A stretch of DNA of 47,811 bases, from positions 1 through 47,811 of the forward strand of contig DAOVCJ010000004.1 in NCBI GenBank assembly GCA_030670085.1. The letters run 5' to 3'. The notes beneath the pieces are model-generated. The model worked only from the letters and a program-made list of their open reading frames with translations. It was not told where the DNA came from and did no database searches. Positions 1 to 10,876 of the stretch are shown one piece after another. The first letter of the stretch is position 1. Each line of letters starts with the position of its first letter. A program made the translations under genes and the position numbers. The DNA is from Candidatus Aenigmatarchaeota archaeon. GTDB lineage: Archaea > Aenigmatarchaeota > Aenigmatarchaeia > QMZP01.

Positions 1-156
1 CCCCTGCAACGGTAAAAACAAAAACAGTAATTATTTGGCTTAAAACAATAAAAACACAATCGCATGTTTATCATATATTACCAAAACAATCTTTTTCAAA
101 AGAGATGTTTAAGATAACCAATTTAAAATACCAAACCAATAATTCGTAGTGATGTT

Positions 157-480
157 ATGAGAATCAATCCGAAACAGATGGAAAGAATGATGAAGCGCAT
201 GGGCATTCAGGCCGTCGAGATAGAGGCAGAGGAAGTGATAATAAAGACCCCTGAGAAGGACATAGTAATCAAGAACCCCCAGGTCTCCAAGGTCAATGCC
301 ATGGGCCAGGACACGTTCCAGATAACAGGGGATGTGGAGGAAAGAGCGAAAGAGGGATTTAACAGCGAGGATGTTGAAACAGTCATGAGCCAGGCAGGTG
401 TTTCAGAAGAAGACGCCAGAAGAGCTCTGGGCAAAACCCATGACCTGGCAGAGGCGATACTGAAACTGAAGAAGAAGTAA
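157..480 (+). CDS. nac: Archaeal nascent polypeptide-associated complex protein
   Basis: MMKRMGI...IEAEEVII...NPQVSKV...TFQITG NAC domain followed by a UBA-like C-terminus (DVETVMSQAGVSEEDARRAL...DLAEAILKL). Confidence 0.95.
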   Translation: MRINPKQMERMMKRMGIQAVEIEAEEVIIKTPEKDIVIKNPQVSKVNAMGQDTFQITGDVEERAKEGFNSEDVETVMSQAGVSEEDARRALGKTHDLAEAILKLKKK

Positions 481-531
481 TTCACTTTCGAATTCTAATC
501 TATATTAGGAAACCCAAACAATATTTATTAT

Positions 532-3240
532 ATGGAAGCAACCGAAACCAGTTCTCCCATGAATGGTTCCAGAAAATGGCATGAAATGTCTATGGGAAAT
601 GTTCTGAAGGACCTGGGAACTACAGAAAAGGGTCTGGCAGAATCAGAGGCAAAAACCAGACTGGGTAAATACGGGCTGAATGAAATCAAAAGAAAAAGAA
701 AGATAAGTAAGCTAAAGATACTCCTAAACCAGTTCACCTCCCCTCTGGTCATCATACTTATCATCGCAACCCTTCTTTCTGCCTTAATAGGGGAGATACT
801 AGACGCTATTGTGATACTTATCATACTTCTTTTCAATGCAGTGTTCGGCTTCTTTCAGGAGTACAAAGCGGAGAAGACAATAGAGGCGCTCAAAAAACTG
901 ACAGCGCCTGAGGCTATGGTGGTGAGGGAAGGGAAAACGAAGAGAATACCAAGCAACATGCTCGTTCCAGGAGACATCGTTATGCTTGAGCAGGGAACCA
1001 AGATCCCAGCTGATATGAGGATTACCAAGGGGGTTGAGCTCAAGATAGACGAATCCGCCCTTACTGGAGAATCCGTTTCTGTTTCAAAGTATGCAGAAGG
1101 CATCAAGTGCAAAACCCTAGCTGAGATGGCGAGCATGGCATTCATGGGAACCATAGTAACATACGGAAGGGGGTATGGGGTAGTTGTTAATACAGGAATG
1201 AAGACAGAGATAGGAAAGATTGCAAAGATGGTAGAGGAGGCAGGAGAGCAGGCAACCCCCCTACAAGAGAGATTAAAGGTTTTTGGAAAGAAGCTGGGCT
1301 TTATCGTAATTGCAATATCTATTATAGTAATAGCAATTGGCATCCTAAGGGGTCATGCCCTGATGGAGATGGTAACAACAGGTATCGCTTTAGCGGTTGC
1401 TGCGATACCAGAGGGCCTTCCTGCAGTGGTCACAATAACCCTGGCCGTTGGACTGAAGAGACTGGCCAAGCATAAGGCACTGGTAAAAAAGCTTCCGGCT
1501 GTTGAGTCCTTGGGAAGTACGTCGGTCATATGTGCAGACAAGACAGGAACCCTGACCAAGAATGAGATGACAGTGAGGAAGATATGGTACAAGGACAGAT
1601 TAATAGAGGTGACAGGAAAGGGGTTCGAACCCACTGGAGATTTCCTTTTCGATGAAAAAAGGATTGATCCCATAAAGGATAAAACCCTATCGCTTTTGTT
1701 AAAAACAGGAGCACTCTGCAACAACGCTCAGTTGGAGAATGACGAATCCTGGGAAATAGTGGGTGACCCAACAGAGGGGGCGCTGGTGGTGTTGTCAAAA
1801 AAGGCAGGACTTGACAAGGAGGCCCTGGAGAAGCAGAACCCGAGGTTACATGAGATACCCTTCGCTTCAGAGAGGAAGATGATGAGCACTGTTAACAAGA
1901 GTGAAAACAGGAACATCCTCTACGTTAAGGGAGCCCCTGAAACCATACTAGACCTGTGCACCAAGATTTATGAAAACGGAAGGATCAAGAAGCTAACCAA
2001 GAACGAAAAGAACATGATACTTGACCTGAACCAGAATCTCGCAAACGAGGCCTTGAGGGTCCTGGCATTTGCATACAGGGAAGTAAAGACAAAGAAGTTT
2101 GATGAGAAGCTTGAAAAGGACCTGGTTTTTGTTGGTCTGGCAGGGATGATAGATCCCCCAAGACCCGACGTAGAAGAGAGCATAAAACTTTGCAAGCAGG
2201 CAGGGATAAAGACCGTGATGATAACAGGAGACCACAAAAACACAGCCCTAGCGATTGCAAAGGAGATAGGGTTGTTCGAGGAAGGCAAGAAGAGCTTAAC
2301 AGGCGCAGAGCTGGATTCTATTTCAGATGAGAAACTTGAAGACATGATAGAGGATATTTCGGTTTATGCAAGAGTGGACCCCAAGCACAAGGTAAGGATA
2401 GTCAACGCATTCAAAAAGAAGGGTCATATAATTGCAATGACCGGTGACGGTGTTAATGACGCGCCCGCCCTTAAGAATGCAGACATAGGGATTGCAATGG
2501 GCATAAAGGGAACAGACGTCGCTAAAGAGGCGTCTGATATGATTCTCGCAGATGATGACTTCTCAAACATAGTCAGGGCGGTTGAAGGGGGGAGACATAT
2601 ATACGACAACATAAAGAAGTTCATCTACTACCTACTCTCAAGCAACATTGGTGAGGTCTCGGTTGTTTTCCTTGCCATGCTCCTATTCGTTGACCCATCA
2701 GGAAGCGCACTTCTACCTCTACTAGCCGTCCACCTGCTCTGGATAAACCTGGTAACAGACGGTCCGCCCGCATTGGCTTTGGGGATTGATCCCCCATCAC
2801 CCGACATTATGAACAGGCCACCCAGGAATCCAAAGGAAAAGATACTCTCCAAGGGAGCCATACGTTTCCTGATAATGATAGGTATTATAATGTGTATAGG
2901 AACGCTCGGGGTTTTCTACTGGGGCCTCGGCGTCAGTTTAGACAAGGCAAGGACACTAGCATTCACCACACTGGTTATATATGAAATGTTTAATGTGATA
3001 AACTGCCGATCGCTGAAATATTCAATGTTCAAGATTGGTGTTTTCTCGAACAGGAAACTGATTTATGCGATAGCGGCATCAATAATACTACAGCTGCTGG
3101 TCATATACGTGCCTGCCATACAGATAGGTTTCAAGACAGTCAGTCTTGGCCTTCTTGACTGGCTGGTGATAGTGGCGGTTTCAAGCACTGTGCTTATAAT
3201 AACTCAGCTAAAGCTAAAACTGTTTGGAGGATTTGAGTAG
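532..3240 (+). CDS. P-type IIA cation (Ca2+)-transporting ATPase
   Basis: TGES, PEGL, DKTGTLT, KGAPE, TGD and GDGVNDAPALK motifs; SSNIGE and INLVTDG Ca2+-site segments; about 10 TM helices. Confidence 0.95.
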   Translation: MEATETSSPMNGSRKWHEMSMGNVLKDLGTTEKGLAESEAKTRLGKYGLNEIKRKRKISKLKILLNQFTSPLVIILIIATLLSALIGEILDAIVILIILLFNAVFGFFQEYKAEKTIEALKKLTAPEAMVVREGKTKRIPSNMLVPGDIVMLEQGTKIPADMRITKGVELKIDESALTGESVSVSKYAEGIKCKTLAEMASMAFMGTIVTYGRGYGVVVNTGMKTEIGKIAKMVEEAGEQATPLQERLKVFGKKLGFIVIAISIIVIAIGILRGHALMEMVTTGIALAVAAIPEGLPAVVTITLAVGLKRLAKHKALVKKLPAVESLGSTSVICADKTGTLTKNEMTVRKIWYKDRLIEVTGKGFEPTGDFLFDEKRIDPIKDKTLSLLLKTGALCNNAQLENDESWEIVGDPTEGALVVLSKKAGLDKEALEKQNPRLHEIPFASERKMMSTVNKSENRNILYVKGAPETILDLCTKIYENGRIKKLTKNEKNMILDLNQNLANEALRVLAFAYREVKTKKFDEKLEKDLVFVGLAGMIDPPRPDVEESIKLCKQAGIKTVMITGDHKNTALAIAKEIGLFEEGKKSLTGAELDSISDEKLEDMIEDISVYARVDPKHKVRIVNAFKKKGHIIAMTGDGVNDAPALKNADIGIAMGIKGTDVAKEASDMILADDDFSNIVRAVEGGRHIYDNIKKFIYYLLSSNIGEVSVVFLAMLLFVDPSGSALLPLLAVHLLWINLVTDGPPALALGIDPPSPDIMNRPPRNPKEKILSKGAIRFLIMIGIIMCIGTLGVFYWGLGVSLDKARTLAFTTLVIYEMFNVINCRSLKYSMFKIGVFSNRKLIYAIAASIILQLLVIYVPAIQIGFKTVSLGLLDWLVIVAVSSTVLIITQLKLKLFGGFE

Positions 3241-3241
3241 C

Positions 3242-4192
3242 ATGTGGTACTACTTTTTGTTCTTTGCTGTAGGAGTGGCCCTTCTGATAAAGGGAGCGGA
3301 CATTGTGGTGAAATATGCCTCTCAGACAGCCCGTCTCCTTGGCGTGTCCAATTTCATGATCGGCCTAACCCTGGTGGCTTTCTCCACAACTCTACCAGAG
3401 CTGTCCGTTTCTATAATGTCCGCCTTCTCTGGTGTGGTTGACATAGCTACCGGAACAGTACTGGGCTCAATAATAGCAAATCCCGCACTTATACTTGCAC
3501 TTGCGGCCGTGTTCGTCCCACTTGCCACAAACAGGAATATAAAAAGGCTGAATTATATACTCATAGTATACCTTCTCATCTTCTCACTACTTCTTATTGA
3601 TGGACTTGTGTGGTACGAAGGACTGGCCTTGATCATTCTATTTGCCTTTTACATGGCAAACATGATCAAGAGGGGAAGAGGGATGGGATCAGAGACCAAG
3701 AAGAAAAAAACCAAAATAGAGTACAAAAGAAGAAGGATAGCGAAATACATCGTTTTCACGATATTTGGTGGAGGGCTTGTTGTTGCAGGCGCCAAGCTTC
3801 TTATAGACTCCACAATAAGCATATCAACTATTTGGGGTGTGCCTGAAATACTCATTGCGATTATAGCTGTTGCAATTGGAACATCCCTCCCTGAGCTAGC
3901 CGTGGTAATTACAGCAGCCTTCAAAAAAATGGTGGGGATATCCATAGGCGATATCCTTGGAGCGAACATGTTCAACGTCATGGTGCTTGGGGCAACTTCT
4001 TTAGTGTCCCCGATACCTGTCACAACAAAGATACTTACAATAGTAATACCAATAATACTCCTCGTTAACGTGCTCCTCCTGCTTTTCATGAGCACGAAAT
4101 GGTTCGTGTCAAAGAAATGGCAGCTATCCAGAGGCGAAGGACTCATACTGCTGCTTATTTACGTGATTTTTGTTTACCTGCAGTTTGTTTGA
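3242..4192 (+). CDS. Ca2+/Na+ antiporter (YrbG/CaCA family)
   Basis: Two alpha repeats (STTLPEL, GTSLPEL) with GSIIAN/GANMFN. The ATG at 3242, right after the ATPase stop, is preferred to the ORF-track start at 3224. Confidence 0.9.
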   Translation: MWYYFLFFAVGVALLIKGADIVVKYASQTARLLGVSNFMIGLTLVAFSTTLPELSVSIMSAFSGVVDIATGTVLGSIIANPALILALAAVFVPLATNRNIKRLNYILIVYLLIFSLLLIDGLVWYEGLALIILFAFYMANMIKRGRGMGSETKKKKTKIEYKRRRIAKYIVFTIFGGGLVVAGAKLLIDSTISISTIWGVPEILIAIIAVAIGTSLPELAVVITAAFKKMVGISIGDILGANMFNVMVLGATSLVSPIPVTTKILTIVIPIILLVNVLLLLFMSTKWFVSKKWQLSRGEGLILLLIYVIFVYLQFV

Positions 4193-5681
4193 TTACTCTT
4201 CCAAGGGTTTCAAATTTCTCACCTTCAAAAAGCCCTCTTAAAACACCCGGAAGTTTCTTTATCTTTACCCTTATCTGCTTCTGGTTGTCCCTATTACGAA
4301 TGGTAACGTCCTCCTTCTTTTTCGAATCATAGTCTATCGTTATGCAATAAGGCGTTCCTGCTTCGTCTTGTCTGTAGTAGAGCCTTCCTATAGACCCGGT
4401 TTCATCATAGAGAACCAAGAACCCACACCTTCGGAGCATCTCAAAGATACTCCTTGCTAACTTTGGCAGGCCATTCTTTCTGACCAACGGGAAAACTGCA
4501 ACCTGGTATGGGGAAACCCTTGGAGGGAACGCAAAATAGACCCTGTCCCTGTCCTCCCTGAGACACGATTCCATTACACAGAACAACGGCCTGTCAATAC
4601 CATATGCAACCTCAATAACACGTGGTATTATTTTCTCCCCATTCCAGTCTACTTTCATATCCTGCCTGCTCAAACCCATATGCCTCTTCAGGTCGTAATC
4701 CGTCCTGTCAGCGATTCCGACAAGCTCTATCCTGCCGTAATTATCCGAGAGGAATTCAACATCCCACGTATCCTTTGAATAGAAACACCTCTCCTCATCC
4801 TTATGCTGTCTTAGCCTGAGTTTTTTTGGATCAATACCCATCTGCATATATATCTGCCATGACCTTGCAAGGAAGTATGTAATGAATTCGCTGGCAAATT
4901 TCTTTTTAACCAGTTCACCAATCTTCATCATTCTCGGTTTTTGGGTTTTCTTCTGGTCCTGTTTTGTCAGGACAGGAACCTTTAGGTTTTTGACTTCACT
5001 GAACCTGGGATGATTATCCCTTTGTTTTGGGTGTATGAAGAACTGCACTTCTGCCTGTGAGAATTCCCTGAGCCTCACGAGACCCTTCCTCGGAGAGATT
5101 TCGTTTCTGAAGGATTTTCCGAACTGTATGATACCAAGGGGAAGCTTCCTCCTGCCCAGTTCATAAAGCCTCTTGAAAGGCATGTAGGTTGTCTGTGCAG
5201 TCTCTGGCCTCAAGTACCCAGATATCTTGTTTTTGCCAGGCCCTATGTATGTTTTAAACATAAGGTTGTAGTCATACACGTTTCCCAGAACACCAGAACA
5301 TTTCGGGCACGTTATTTTCTTATCCTTTATTATCTTCTGGATTTCACCCAGACCCAAACCTTCAACATCCTTTCCTATCTTCTCCTCGATTAGCTGGTCT
5401 GCTCTGTAGGCCTCACCACATTTCTGGCATTCAATTGTCATGTCAGTGAATGATTCTATATGGCCACTCGCCACCCACGGGTCCTCTGTTGTGAGTATGG
5501 GAGCCTCTATCAAAACGCACCCCTCCTGAATCATGTAATATTCCCTGATGAGGTTTTCTATTCTGAGCTTCATCAATGCTCCCAGGGGACCGTACGTGTA
5601 GAAGCCTGAGCATCCCTGATATATCTCAAAGGATGGCCAGAAGAAACCCCTTCTCTTGGCAATATCCAGAACATCAGCCAT
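4155..5681 (-). CDS. glyS: Glycine--tRNA ligase (alpha2 type)
   Basis: RRGFFWPSFEIY, LRPETAQ, GKSFRNEISPR, REFSQAE motifs and an anticodon-binding domain (GSIGRLYYRQDEAGTPYCITID). Its 3' end overlaps the antiporter by 38 nt. Confidence 0.95.
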   Translation of the reverse strand: MADVLDIAKRRGFFWPSFEIYQGCSGFYTYGPLGALMKLRIENLIREYYMIQEGCVLIEAPILTTEDPWVASGHIESFTDMTIECQKCGEAYRADQLIEEKIGKDVEGLGLGEIQKIIKDKKITCPKCSGVLGNVYDYNLMFKTYIGPGKNKISGYLRPETAQTTYMPFKRLYELGRRKLPLGIIQFGKSFRNEISPRKGLVRLREFSQAEVQFFIHPKQRDNHPRFSEVKNLKVPVLTKQDQKKTQKPRMMKIGELVKKKFASEFITYFLARSWQIYMQMGIDPKKLRLRQHKDEERCFYSKDTWDVEFLSDNYGRIELVGIADRTDYDLKRHMGLSRQDMKVDWNGEKIIPRVIEVAYGIDRPLFCVMESCLREDRDRVYFAFPPRVSPYQVAVFPLVRKNGLPKLARSIFEMLRRCGFLVLYDETGSIGRLYYRQDEAGTPYCITIDYDSKKKEDVTIRNRDNQKQIRVKIKKLPGVLRGLFEGEKFETLGRVIKQTAGKQKSRK

Positions 5682-5769
5682 ACGAAAACCCCAATAAATT
5701 AGTAATGGTTTGCGAGCTTAAAATGTTTTCATTTGAAGGCTATATATTTATTGAATTCACAATAAGCTC

Positions 5770-6435
5770 ATGAAGCGTCTGAAGGTGGACCTGCACATAC
5801 ACACAAAGTACTCAAAGGACGGTGAAATAAATCCAGAGGATCTGGTTAAGAAAGCAGTAGAACTCGGTTTTGACGCGATAGCGGTTACAGACCATGGAAC
5901 GATTAAAGGAGCCATAGAGACAAAGGAAATTGCGAGAAAAACCGCGAAAGACCTGATTGTTTTTGTTGGCCAGGAGATCAAGACAAAGCAGGGCGAAGTG
6001 TTGGTTTACAACATAAGAAATGAAATAAAAGAGGGACAGGATATTTTAAAGACCTGCCAGGAGGCAAAGAAAAACAAAGGATTTCTTGTGGTTCCCCACC
6101 CCTTTGATTTAATGAGGAGGGGGATAGGCGAAAACACAAAAAGCATTCTGGAATATGTAGATGCGGTAGAGGGTTTCAATGCGAGAACTGTCATAAACAG
6201 GTTTAATGAAAGGGCGATGGAGTTTGCAAAAGAAAACAGCAAACCAATGGTTGCGGGATCTGATGCGCATTTCTTGGACGAGTTCGGAAAAACCTACATG
6301 CTTATAGAAAGCGGGAAAGGCGAAAGGAACATCCTTAATGCAATAGAAAAAGGCAGACTTGAAATGGTTATGCAGAGACATGGCATGAAATCTGGTATGA
6401 AAAGGGGCCTGAGGAAGGTTAGAACCTATTTTTAA
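5770..6435 (+). CDS. PHP-domain metal-dependent phosphoesterase
   Basis: DLHIHT, AVTDH, GQE, PHPF and GSDAH motifs. Confidence 0.9.
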   Translation: MKRLKVDLHIHTKYSKDGEINPEDLVKKAVELGFDAIAVTDHGTIKGAIETKEIARKTAKDLIVFVGQEIKTKQGEVLVYNIRNEIKEGQDILKTCQEAKKNKGFLVVPHPFDLMRRGIGENTKSILEYVDAVEGFNARTVINRFNERAMEFAKENSKPMVAGSDAHFLDEFGKTYMLIESGKGERNILNAIEKGRLEMVMQRHGMKSGMKRGLRKVRTYF

Positions 6436-6461
6436 TATAGGACCTGGGATATACTATAAAT

Positions 6462-7460
6462 ATGGCTGACCCCAGACTTGTTGATTATATAAAACATGCT
6501 CTGAAATCTGGAACCCCAATAGATCATATTGAAAGGGCCCTAATTAATGAGGGATGGAGAAAACAGGATGTTGATGAGGCAATAGATACAATCATAGAAG
6601 AAAGAGAACAAGAGCCCGTTGTCCCCCAACAAGCACCTACAGCGTATACAACAAGGGTCCCAGAGCTTATGGGTGAAGAAAAATCCCCAGAACAGCCCCC
6701 AGGCCAGCCAGAAGCTCCTCCTGAACCCTCCACAGAATCCCCATACAAATCAATGGGAGTCTTCACCAAATTCAAAATGATTCTAAGACATCCAGGAAAG
6801 TTTTTTGAGGCAGTGAAGGCCGAGAAGGGATATGAGGCCCCGGTCAAATATTACCTGTTCTTACTGTTTATACAGATCATAATAGCAAACGCTGTCCTGT
6901 ACCTTTCTCTAACTATGGGAGCAGCGTTTTTCAATCCCTCATTGATTAACCCACTTATGAGTATGTTTACGATAACCACTGTATCCAATTTCTTGTTTGC
7001 AAACATTTCACTTGTACTGACTATCGTTATACTCTTTGTAACGGCATGGTTTTTCAACATATTCCTCAGGCTCTTTAAAGGAAAGGGAAGGATGGTTGAT
7101 ACATTCAAGGGAATAGTGTATGCTTACACACCAAACGTTATACTCACTATTATTTCAATACCAATCTCGTTGCTTATACTTTTTTCTATTCTCCCCTCAC
7201 TTTCTCCTGGGAACCTTCTACTCGAGCTCAATTTGGTAGAAATGTCTTTAGCAACACTGGTTTTCTCTCTGATGTCAATTGCATTTTTAATATGGACACT
7301 TTACCTCGAGCTCAAGGGACTGTCAATATTCCATGAGATTTCAATGCTGAGGGTTCTTGGTGCACTGATACTGGGTATAATAGTATTATATGTTATCATT
7401 GGCATTGTTCTCGGTCTGGTTATTGGTTTGTTTTTCTTAGGAGCGTTTGCTATCCCTTAA
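6462..7460 (+). CDS. Yip1-family membrane protein with N-terminal helical domain and Pro/Glu linker
   Basis: ILRHPGKFFE, FKGKG...TFKGIVYAYTP and GLSIFHEIS pattern with about 5 TM helices. Confidence 0.75.
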   Translation: MADPRLVDYIKHALKSGTPIDHIERALINEGWRKQDVDEAIDTIIEEREQEPVVPQQAPTAYTTRVPELMGEEKSPEQPPGQPEAPPEPSTESPYKSMGVFTKFKMILRHPGKFFEAVKAEKGYEAPVKYYLFLLFIQIIIANAVLYLSLTMGAAFFNPSLINPLMSMFTITTVSNFLFANISLVLTIVILFVTAWFFNIFLRLFKGKGRMVDTFKGIVYAYTPNVILTIISIPISLLILFSILPSLSPGNLLLELNLVEMSLATLVFSLMSIAFLIWTLYLELKGLSIFHEISMLRVLGALILGIIVLYVIIGIVLGLVIGLFFLGAFAIP

Positions 7461-7513
7461 CCCATGTAGTTTAGCAAGCAATAATTTTATTCTCAGACTC
7501 CAAATAATATACA

Positions 7514-8161
7514 ATGAAAGCGCAGTTTTTCCCTTATGCAGATGAAAACATTTCAAAAAAGACCCCTTACTTCACGTATGGCATTATATTGGTGAATGTT
7601 CTGACATTCATTTTCAGTTTTATTGACTTTGAAGGTATTGTGACAACATATGGTTTCATACCAGCAAACCCAAGCATTCTGGCGACGTTTACATCCATGT
7701 TCCTACATGCTGGAATCCTGCACATTTTCATAAACATGTGGTACCTCTACATATTCGGGGACAACCTAGAGTACGCTTTCGGAAGGGTGAAGTTTCTGCT
7801 TTTCTATCTCGCCTCAGGCATTTTCGCACTCTCTTTTCACTACATTACAGACTTCGGCTCAAGCCTGCCGGTTGTTGGTGCATCGGGCGCGGTTTCAGGG
7901 ATTCTGGGAGCGTACCTCGTTTTGCTGCCTCACATGAAAATAAAGGCAATAGGGTTTTATACCCTATGGAAGCTTCCTACGTATGTAATAATAGGGAGCT
8001 GGTTTGTCCTTCAGCTGGTACTCGCGTTCATCAGCGTTTTTACAGATTGGAGTAATGTCGCCTTCTGGGCGCACGTGGGGGGTTTTGTTTTCGGGGCAAT
8101 GATAGGTTTCATATACAATAAGCATCTTTGGGTCAAGTTAGTGAAGCGATACAGAAAATAG
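7514..8161 (+). CDS. Rhomboid intramembrane serine protease
   Basis: FLHAGILHIFINM, catalytic GASG and WAHVGG. Confidence 0.93.
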   Translation: MKAQFFPYADENISKKTPYFTYGIILVNVLTFIFSFIDFEGIVTTYGFIPANPSILATFTSMFLHAGILHIFINMWYLYIFGDNLEYAFGRVKFLLFYLASGIFALSFHYITDFGSSLPVVGASGAVSGILGAYLVLLPHMKIKAIGFYTLWKLPTYVIIGSWFVLQLVLAFISVFTDWSNVAFWAHVGGFVFGAMIGFIYNKHLWVKLVKRYRK

Positions 8162-8190
8162 ATTTAATATATCAACCCAATATAATTTTT

Positions 8191-9321
8191 ATGTGGGTAG
8201 CTGTATTCATTGTTTTCTTGACGTTTCTCTTTTGGGTTCTCGGTTACGAGGGAATAGTAAGACAAAATATGCGGAGACCCAAGCCAAATCCCAAAAATCT
8301 ACCACCAGTCTCTGTGATAATCCCTACATACAAAGCCGAGCGAACCATAGAGCAGACACTGAAATCAGTAAAAAACCTAGATTATCCGAAAAAGGAAATT
8401 ATTGTTATAAACGATTCTGACGATAAAACTCCACAGATATGCAAGAAATACGGGGTCAAGCTGATTCAGAACAAAAGGAGGATGGGAAAATCCATATCCT
8501 TGGACATGGCAACCAAAAAGGCGAAGAATGAAATTCTGCTCTTCCTAGATTCTGACACAGTGGTTGAGAAGGATGTTCTGAAGAAGATCATGCCATGGTT
8601 TTACAAACCAAAGGTAGCTGTGGTAATGCCAACCTTTACCGCAAAGAACAACAGGAGCATTGCAAAACTTGTTTCCGTAGAGAACATATTCACCCACTCC
8701 CATCTTAGGACCCACCTGTACTTCGGTTCCCTTATAGCCTTTAGGGGGTGCTGCTTTGCCATGAGAAAGAGCGTTATAAAAAAGACAGGTGGGTGGGGGA
8801 GAACCCTTACAGAAGACAATGACATGGGAGCAAGGGTTGCAAAGAACGGATATGTAATAGAGTGGGAGCCTAATGCAACTGCAAATACAAACGAGCCAGA
8901 AACAAGAGAAGAGTTGAAGAAGCAGAAGATAAGGTGGGGGGTGGGCTCTGCCTACACGTTCTTTCGCCACAGAAGGTATTATAGAAAATCCCCACAGTTC
9001 CTATCATATTTCCTCCCTTACATAATCCTGGGATTCTTGGTAGCGCTCCTTGTTCTCTGGCAGTTGTATCTTTTTGTATCCACACTCTCTCTAATCCCAA
9101 TCCTAAATCTTATAATAGAACTAGTAATCATAACAATAGCCACATACTTTCATATAACGGTTCTTGTTTACTCAGAGAGGGGCTTCATAAATCCGATACT
9201 GCTCCTGAAGTACATGCTCTATTACTTACCCATTGTTAATTTTTTCTACTTTAAGGGAATGGTAAAGGGAATAAGGGGTAAGAAGAACAAGAAGGATGAG
9301 CTTGACTTGGCCTTATGGTAG
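8191..9321 (+). CDS. Processive-type GT2 glycosyltransferase, membrane bound
   Basis: VSVIIP, DSD, TED and QKIRW (QxxRW) motifs with flanking TM helices. ATG at 8191 follows an AT-rich spacer. Confidence 0.88.
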   Translation: MWVAVFIVFLTFLFWVLGYEGIVRQNMRRPKPNPKNLPPVSVIIPTYKAERTIEQTLKSVKNLDYPKKEIIVINDSDDKTPQICKKYGVKLIQNKRRMGKSISLDMATKKAKNEILLFLDSDTVVEKDVLKKIMPWFYKPKVAVVMPTFTAKNNRSIAKLVSVENIFTHSHLRTHLYFGSLIAFRGCCFAMRKSVIKKTGGWGRTLTEDNDMGARVAKNGYVIEWEPNATANTNEPETREELKKQKIRWGVGSAYTFFRHRRYYRKSPQFLSYFLPYIILGFLVALLVLWQLYLFVSTLSLIPILNLIIELVIITIATYFHITVLVYSERGFINPILLLKYMLYYLPIVNFFYFKGMVKGIRGKKNKKDELDLALW

Positions 9322-10068
9322 CTATACCTTCCCCCCAACAATACCTAGAACCCTTCCCCAACGGTTGGCTAGAAGGTTATCATAATTCATCTTTACTATT
9401 CTTTTGTTTGCCGGCTGCTGAATGGATTTTTTCAATACTTTTCCATTCATCAACCATATAGGAGAAAAAAACCATCCAAACGAGAAAAGGAATTCTCCCC
9501 CAATGTTTTTATCTATCTTCAGTCCAGAATTCCTGACCCTGAACTCAAGCTCCTTTCTGGAAAACGGATACTCACCACCATGCATCCACACCCCCAATCT
9601 CTCTGAAAGGAGCTTTCCAACTCTGTACGGGGGGCATTTGGAATTCGGCGCTATTATCACAGCTTTGCCGTTTTTCTTCAATGCCCGGGAATGGGAATCG
9701 ATAATCTCCTGTCTTTCTCTTCCCAGAAAATGCTCTACAACACCCTCTGAGTGGACCAAATCAAACTCGTTTTCGAAACCATGATCCAGGGCATTGTCAT
9801 GAACAAGTTCCCCTTCTTGGGAAAATCTATCCAGGACATTCCTGGCAATTCCCAATGCTTCCTTGGAGGAATCAAGAAGCGTTACTTTCGCTCCCCTACA
9901 TGCCATAAGAATGGTGTTTATTCCTGTTCCACACCCAAGTTCAAGAACCCTTTTGCCCCTGAAATCATAATTTCCCAGAAGCATTTCGTAGAATTTCCAC
10001 ATGTAGGGTTCTCTTCCAAATTCTATATCACCCATTTCGTTCCAGACACCCCTCCACACACCTAACAT
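9322..10068 (-). CDS. Class I SAM-dependent methyltransferase
   Basis: VLELGCGTG, LD and FDLV...VVEH motifs. An alternative start at 10035 is possible. Confidence 0.88.
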   Translation of the reverse strand: MLGVWRGVWNEMGDIEFGREPYMWKFYEMLLGNYDFRGKRVLELGCGTGINTILMACRGAKVTLLDSSKEALGIARNVLDRFSQEGELVHDNALDHGFENEFDLVHSEGVVEHFLGRERQEIIDSHSRALKKNGKAVIIAPNSKCPPYRVGKLLSERLGVWMHGGEYPFSRKELEFRVRNSGLKIDKNIGGEFLFSFGWFFSPIWLMNGKVLKKSIQQPANKRIVKMNYDNLLANRWGRVLGIVGGKV

Positions 10069-10120
10069 GTCTTATTCTTCACCTCAAAAGTATAAATTCG
10101 TTGCACGTTTTAATAATATT

Positions 10121-10846
10121 ATGGACACATGTAATTTCTCTGTGATAGTCCCTACCCTACACGAGGAGAAGACAATCGGAGATTCTCTCTCCTCAATCCA
10201 TGAAGCGAGAAGAAAATCCAAGCACAACGTAGAGATAATCATAGTTGATGGGGGGAGCAGAGACAAAACCATTGATATTGCGAAGAAGTATACAGACAAG
10301 ATTCTTTTCCATAAAAAAAGAGGAATAGCAAGAGCAAGAAACTTTGGAGCCATGCATGCAAGAGGAGAGATATTCACCTTTCTTGATGCAGATGTGAGGG
10401 TACCTGAGAACTTCTTCAATGAACTTTATGACCAGTTTGTCATGAATGGTCTTTCGGGTGCTAACTGCAGAGTGATGCCCCATGAAGAGGTTGAGCCGTC
10501 CGGGTTCGAGAAAAGTTTCTACGTGTTATGGCACAACCTGAGAAGATTCTTCTACAATATAAAACCCTGTGGTACAGGGGACAATGGGATTATCGTCACT
10601 AAAGATGTTTTCCAAAAGGTAAACGGCTTTGATGAAACCCTCAATGTGATAGAGGACCTGGATTTCGTTTTCAGGGCTTCAAAACATGGAAAGTTTGCCT
10701 ACCTCAAGGACCTGACAATCCATGAGACCATAAGGAGGTTCAGGAACTTGGGAACACCGAGATTCGTGATGATATACCTGTCCAATTTTTTCCATTATCT
10801 TTTTTTCAGAAGCTCAAGGATCAAGCAATGGAAACCTGTTAGATAG
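10121..10846 (+). CDS. GT2 glycosyltransferase
   Basis: SVIVP, IIVDGGSRD, ARNFGA, FLDAD, GFDE and EDLDF motifs. ATG at 10121 is preferred to 10067. Confidence 0.9.
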   Translation: MDTCNFSVIVPTLHEEKTIGDSLSSIHEARRKSKHNVEIIIVDGGSRDKTIDIAKKYTDKILFHKKRGIARARNFGAMHARGEIFTFLDADVRVPENFFNELYDQFVMNGLSGANCRVMPHEEVEPSGFEKSFYVLWHNLRRFFYNIKPCGTGDNGIIVTKDVFQKVNGFDETLNVIEDLDFVFRASKHGKFAYLKDLTIHETIRRFRNLGTPRFVMIYLSNFFHYLFFRSSRIKQWKPVR

Positions 10847-10876
10847 ATAAAAAGGATAAATACCCAATATAATATC

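Noticed and set aside
1-75. AAAAACA-rich stretch and a possible Cys-rich minus-strand ORF start at the left edge
   Set aside because: Too short, low in complexity and truncated to support a call.
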